From Candidatus Odinarchaeota archaeon (GTDB lineage: Archaea > Asgardarchaeota > Odinarchaeia > Odinarchaeales > Odinarchaeaceae), in contig JAWBON010000009.1 of assembly GCA_038826135.1 (NCBI GenBank), positions 829-28,594 of the forward strand: 27,766 nt of DNA. Direction: 5' to 3'. The notes under the pieces were generated by a model. The model was not told where the DNA came from and searched no databases. It saw only the letters and a program-made list of their open reading frames with translations. The position numbers were made by a program, and so were the translations under genes. This document shows positions 25,441 through 27,766 of this stretch, piece after piece. Numbering within the stretch: the stretch's first letter is position 1; the number at the start of each line of letters is the position of its first letter.

Positions 25441-26107
25441 CCTCTATTTCTTTCTCTCTCCTTATTTTCGGGCCTTTTCTAGTAAATCTTCTATATAGTA
25501 ATGCGAATAAAATACCGGCTATGAACCCTCCTACATGCGCGAAGTGAGCTATACTAGACGCTGCGCCGAATAATCCAACTATACCTAAAACTGTTTCAAG
25601 AATAAAGAAGAGTGCTATAGCAATATAAGCTCGTACAGGCGCGAAAAAGAAGAGAAATAGATACTGGTTAGGGTAGTTGACTGCGAACGCAGCCATCACA
25701 CCGAATATAGCTCCTGAGGCGCCTATTGTAATAGTGTAGGCTTCAACTGGCATAAATATGTATGTAATATATGAGTGTATGAGTCCGGCTAGTACGCCGC
25801 AAAATAGGTAAAATATTATGAATAACGGTGGACCGTATTTTCTCTCAACAGCAGGGCCGAATATAAGCAGTATATACATGTTGAAGAAAATGTGGATAAA
25901 ACTTCCATGTATGAACATCGAGGTGACTAGTGTTTGAAGGTTAATCCCTGAAATTATCTCAAAAGGGATTAACCCAAAGTTTAGAACAAAATAATTATAG
26001 TATACTGGGCTGGCGCTTTGAATAAAATATATTATTACGTTGATAGCTATTATCCCTACTGTGGCATACGGGAAACTTCTTTTCGGAGCTGTAGGAGTGT
26101 AAAACAT
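25427..26107 (-). CDS. Rhomboid intramembrane serine protease
   Basis: SMFIHGSFIHIFFNM, GASGAIFG (catalytic Ser), AHFAHVGG (catalytic His). Confidence 0.95.
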   Translation of the reverse strand: MFYTPTAPKRSFPYATVGIIAINVIIYFIQSASPVYYNYFVLNFGLIPFEIISGINLQTLVTSMFIHGSFIHIFFNMYILLIFGPAVERKYGPPLFIIFYLFCGVLAGLIHSYITYIFMPVEAYTITIGASGAIFGVMAAFAVNYPNQYLFLFFFAPVRAYIAIALFFILETVLGIVGLFGAASSIAHFAHVGGFIAGILFALLYRRFTRKGPKIRREKEIEVIYL

Positions 26108-26118
26108 AGTTTTCCCCT

Positions 26119-27766
26119 TTAAGCAACTGTGACTGCTTTAGCTAGGTTCCTAGGCTTATCAGGGTCGAAACCTTTTCTAACAGCCATATAATATGCAAAT
26201 AATTGCAGGGGCACTATATATACCATGGGTTTGAAAAAGTTATCGGAGGTTTTAGGAATATGAAACACTGTATCTGACAGCCGTTTAATCTCATCATCAT
26301 CTTCTTCAATCACAGATATTATCTTAGCTCCTCTGGATTTCATCTCCATTATGTTACCTATTATCTTACTGTGAGTGGAATCCATGGGCGCTACGAATAC
26401 TACAGGAAAATCTTGGCTTATCAGCGCTATCGGTCCATGCTTAGATTCGCCTGCAGCATAACCCTCCGCGTGAATATATGATATTTCCTTTAGTTTAAGA
26501 GCGCCCTCCATAGCTACAGCCGAGTTAACACCTCTCCCTAAATATAGGAAGCTGCTTGCATTATAGTAGACTTCAGTTGAAGATTTAACTTCCCCCTCAG
26601 TTTTATTGAGAATCGCTTGAATTATTTCAGGTATCGTGTTTAATTCATTTAGACGTGTTCTATATTCATCTCTATCTATTACCCTCTTCAATTCAGCTAG
26701 CTTAGCGCTTATAATACTGAGTGCACCAAGCTGAACTAGAAATGTTTTAGTCGCCGCCACCCCGATCTCCGGACCGGCCTGAGTATACAGTGTAGAATCC
26801 GCCAGTCTCGTAAGAGAACTCCCGACAGTGTTGCTTATAGCAATAATCTTCGCACCTAACCTCTTAGCATATTTCGCAGCGCTTATAGTATCCGATGTCT
26901 CACCCGACTGGCTGATCGCCACCACTGTAGTTTCCTCATCGATCACATCCTTCATCGTATCTTCGAACTCGGATGATATTACCGCCTCCGCCCTAGTCCT
27001 TGATAAATTTGCTAAAAGATACTTACCACATAGACCTGCGTAAAATGAAGTTCCAGCAGAAGTGAATATTACATAGCCACTATCATTTATTAGTTTACAT
27101 AATTCAATAATTCTTTTCTCATCAACTCTTAGAGTGTTTTTCAAAGCCTTAGGCTGCTCAAATATCTCTTTAAGCATGAAATGGGGGAAACCCCCTTTCT
27201 TAGCCATTTCAGGGGTTAAATCCATATCTACAATCTCGCGTTGAACTCTACTCCCGTCTAAATTTTTAATTACAATATCATTCAGAGAAAGCTCCGCCAC
27301 CTCCCCGTCGTAAAGGAACATCACCCGGTTAGTGACGGGTAGAAACGCGGGAATATCAGAAGCACAGAATACGTAACTTTTATCCTTCACACCTATAACG
27401 AGCGGGCTTTCATTTCTTGCCACATATATTTTATCCGGGTGTTCACTTACCAATACCGCTATAGCGTATGAGCCTTTCAGCTCCTTAACAGTTTCTAAAA
27501 TAGCCGTAAAAACCGGTAGACCCCTGTTAAGATGCTCCTCGATAAGATGAGGTATTACCTCCGTATCCGTCTCTGATCTAAATATGTGACCTTTATGGCT
27601 TAAACGATCCTTTAACTCTGTATAGTTCTCTATTATTCCATTATGAACTACAGCGATTTTTCCCCCGCAATCAACATGAGGATGTGAGTTTTTCTTGGAT
27701 GGTACGCCGTGTGTAGCCCATCTAGTATGACCTATGCCAATCCTGCCGGGGACATCGGTTAAATCT
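26119..27766 (-). CDS. glmS: Glutamine-fructose-6-phosphate transaminase (isomerizing); 5' end beyond the window
   Basis: The frame stays open from the ORF-track TTG (27453) to the window edge, translating by hand as GHTRWATHG, NSHPH, VHNGIIENY, SETDTEV. SIS domains have SQSGETSDT, EGALKLKEISY, KHGP and PRNLAK. Confidence 0.96.
   Translation of the reverse strand, partial: DLTDVPGRIGIGHTRWATHGVPSKKNSHPHVDCGGKIAVVHNGIIENYTELKDRLSHKGHIFRSETDTEVIPHLIEEHLNRGLPVFTAILETVKELKGSYAIAVLVSEHPDKIYVARNESPLVIGVKDKSYVFCASDIPAFLPVTNRVMFLYDGEVAELSLNDIVIKNLDGSRVQREIVDMDLTPEMAKKGGFPHFMLKEIFEQPKALKNTLRVDEKRIIELCKLINDSGYVIFTSAGTSFYAGLCGKYLLANLSRTRAEAVISSEFEDTMKDVIDEETTVVAISQSGETSDTISAAKYAKRLGAKIIAISNTVGSSLTRLADSTLYTQAGPEIGVAATKTFLVQLGALSIISAKLAELKRVIDRDEYRTRLNELNTIPEIIQAILNKTEGEVKSSTEVYYNASSFLYLGRGVNSAVAMEGALKLKEISYIHAEGYAAGESKHGPIALISQDFPVVFVAPMDSTHSKIIGNIMEMKSRGAKIISVIEEDDDEIKRLSDTVFHIPKTSDNFFKPMVYIVPLQLFAYYMAVRKGFDPDKPRNLAKAVTVA

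Noticed and set aside
643-27043. Short ORF-track entries antisense to or overlapping long genes (e.g. 643-882, 1676-1873, 4225-4419, 6384-6590, 7745-7996, 8458-8706, 12156-12980, 14492-14821, 16202-21493 set, 22474-22989, 23452-23682, 26828-27043)
   Set aside because: All lie within well-supported genes, show shadow-frame composition (Ser/Leu/Ile/Phe-rich), and have no recognisable motif.
1-27766. CRISPR arrays, tRNAs, rRNAs, IS elements and integrases
   Set aside because: No spaced direct repeats, cloverleaf or T-loop motifs, rRNA-like stretches or transposase motifs were found; intergenic space is almost fully accounted for.

Overview
This is a gene-dense archaeal chromosomal window, judged from GINS/MCM/Hel308, archaeal SRP RNA, pelota and GGAGGTG-type SD sites. 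A TACK/Asgard-type lineage is plausible but cannot be proven from the sequence. It holds 21 CDSs (the last, glmS, runs off the window end) and one SRP RNA. In order: AMA-type AAA ATPase, CoaE-like kinase, UPF0201, then prs-trm11-rnz, Mer-like reductase-pelota, cutA-nucleotidyltransferase-radical SAM, site-2 protease-ncsA-SRP RNA, gins23-mcm-hel308-aminotransferase, Acr3-like transporter, ThrC-like/PadR fusion, ECF S-component, glmS-rhomboid. Four observations stand out. (1) A threonine-synthase-fold protein has its PLP Schiff-base lysine replaced by Arg and is fused to a PadR-like wHTH. It lies directly upstream of a lone ECF S-component whose promoter carries three abutting palindromes, making a candidate pseudoenzyme sensor-regulator / operator / vitamin transporter module. 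(2) MCM carries three inteins in three states: intact endonuclease, degenerate endonuclease with no block-B His, and endonuclease-free with a retained HTH. (3) Several genes have a conserved N-terminus and SD site that point to non-canonical ACG or ATA starts. (4) The Acr3-like gene has an in-frame UGA at codon 5 and lacks the family's arsenite-binding Cys. No CRISPR array, tRNA, rRNA or IS element was found. All family assignments come from motif recognition, not database searches.
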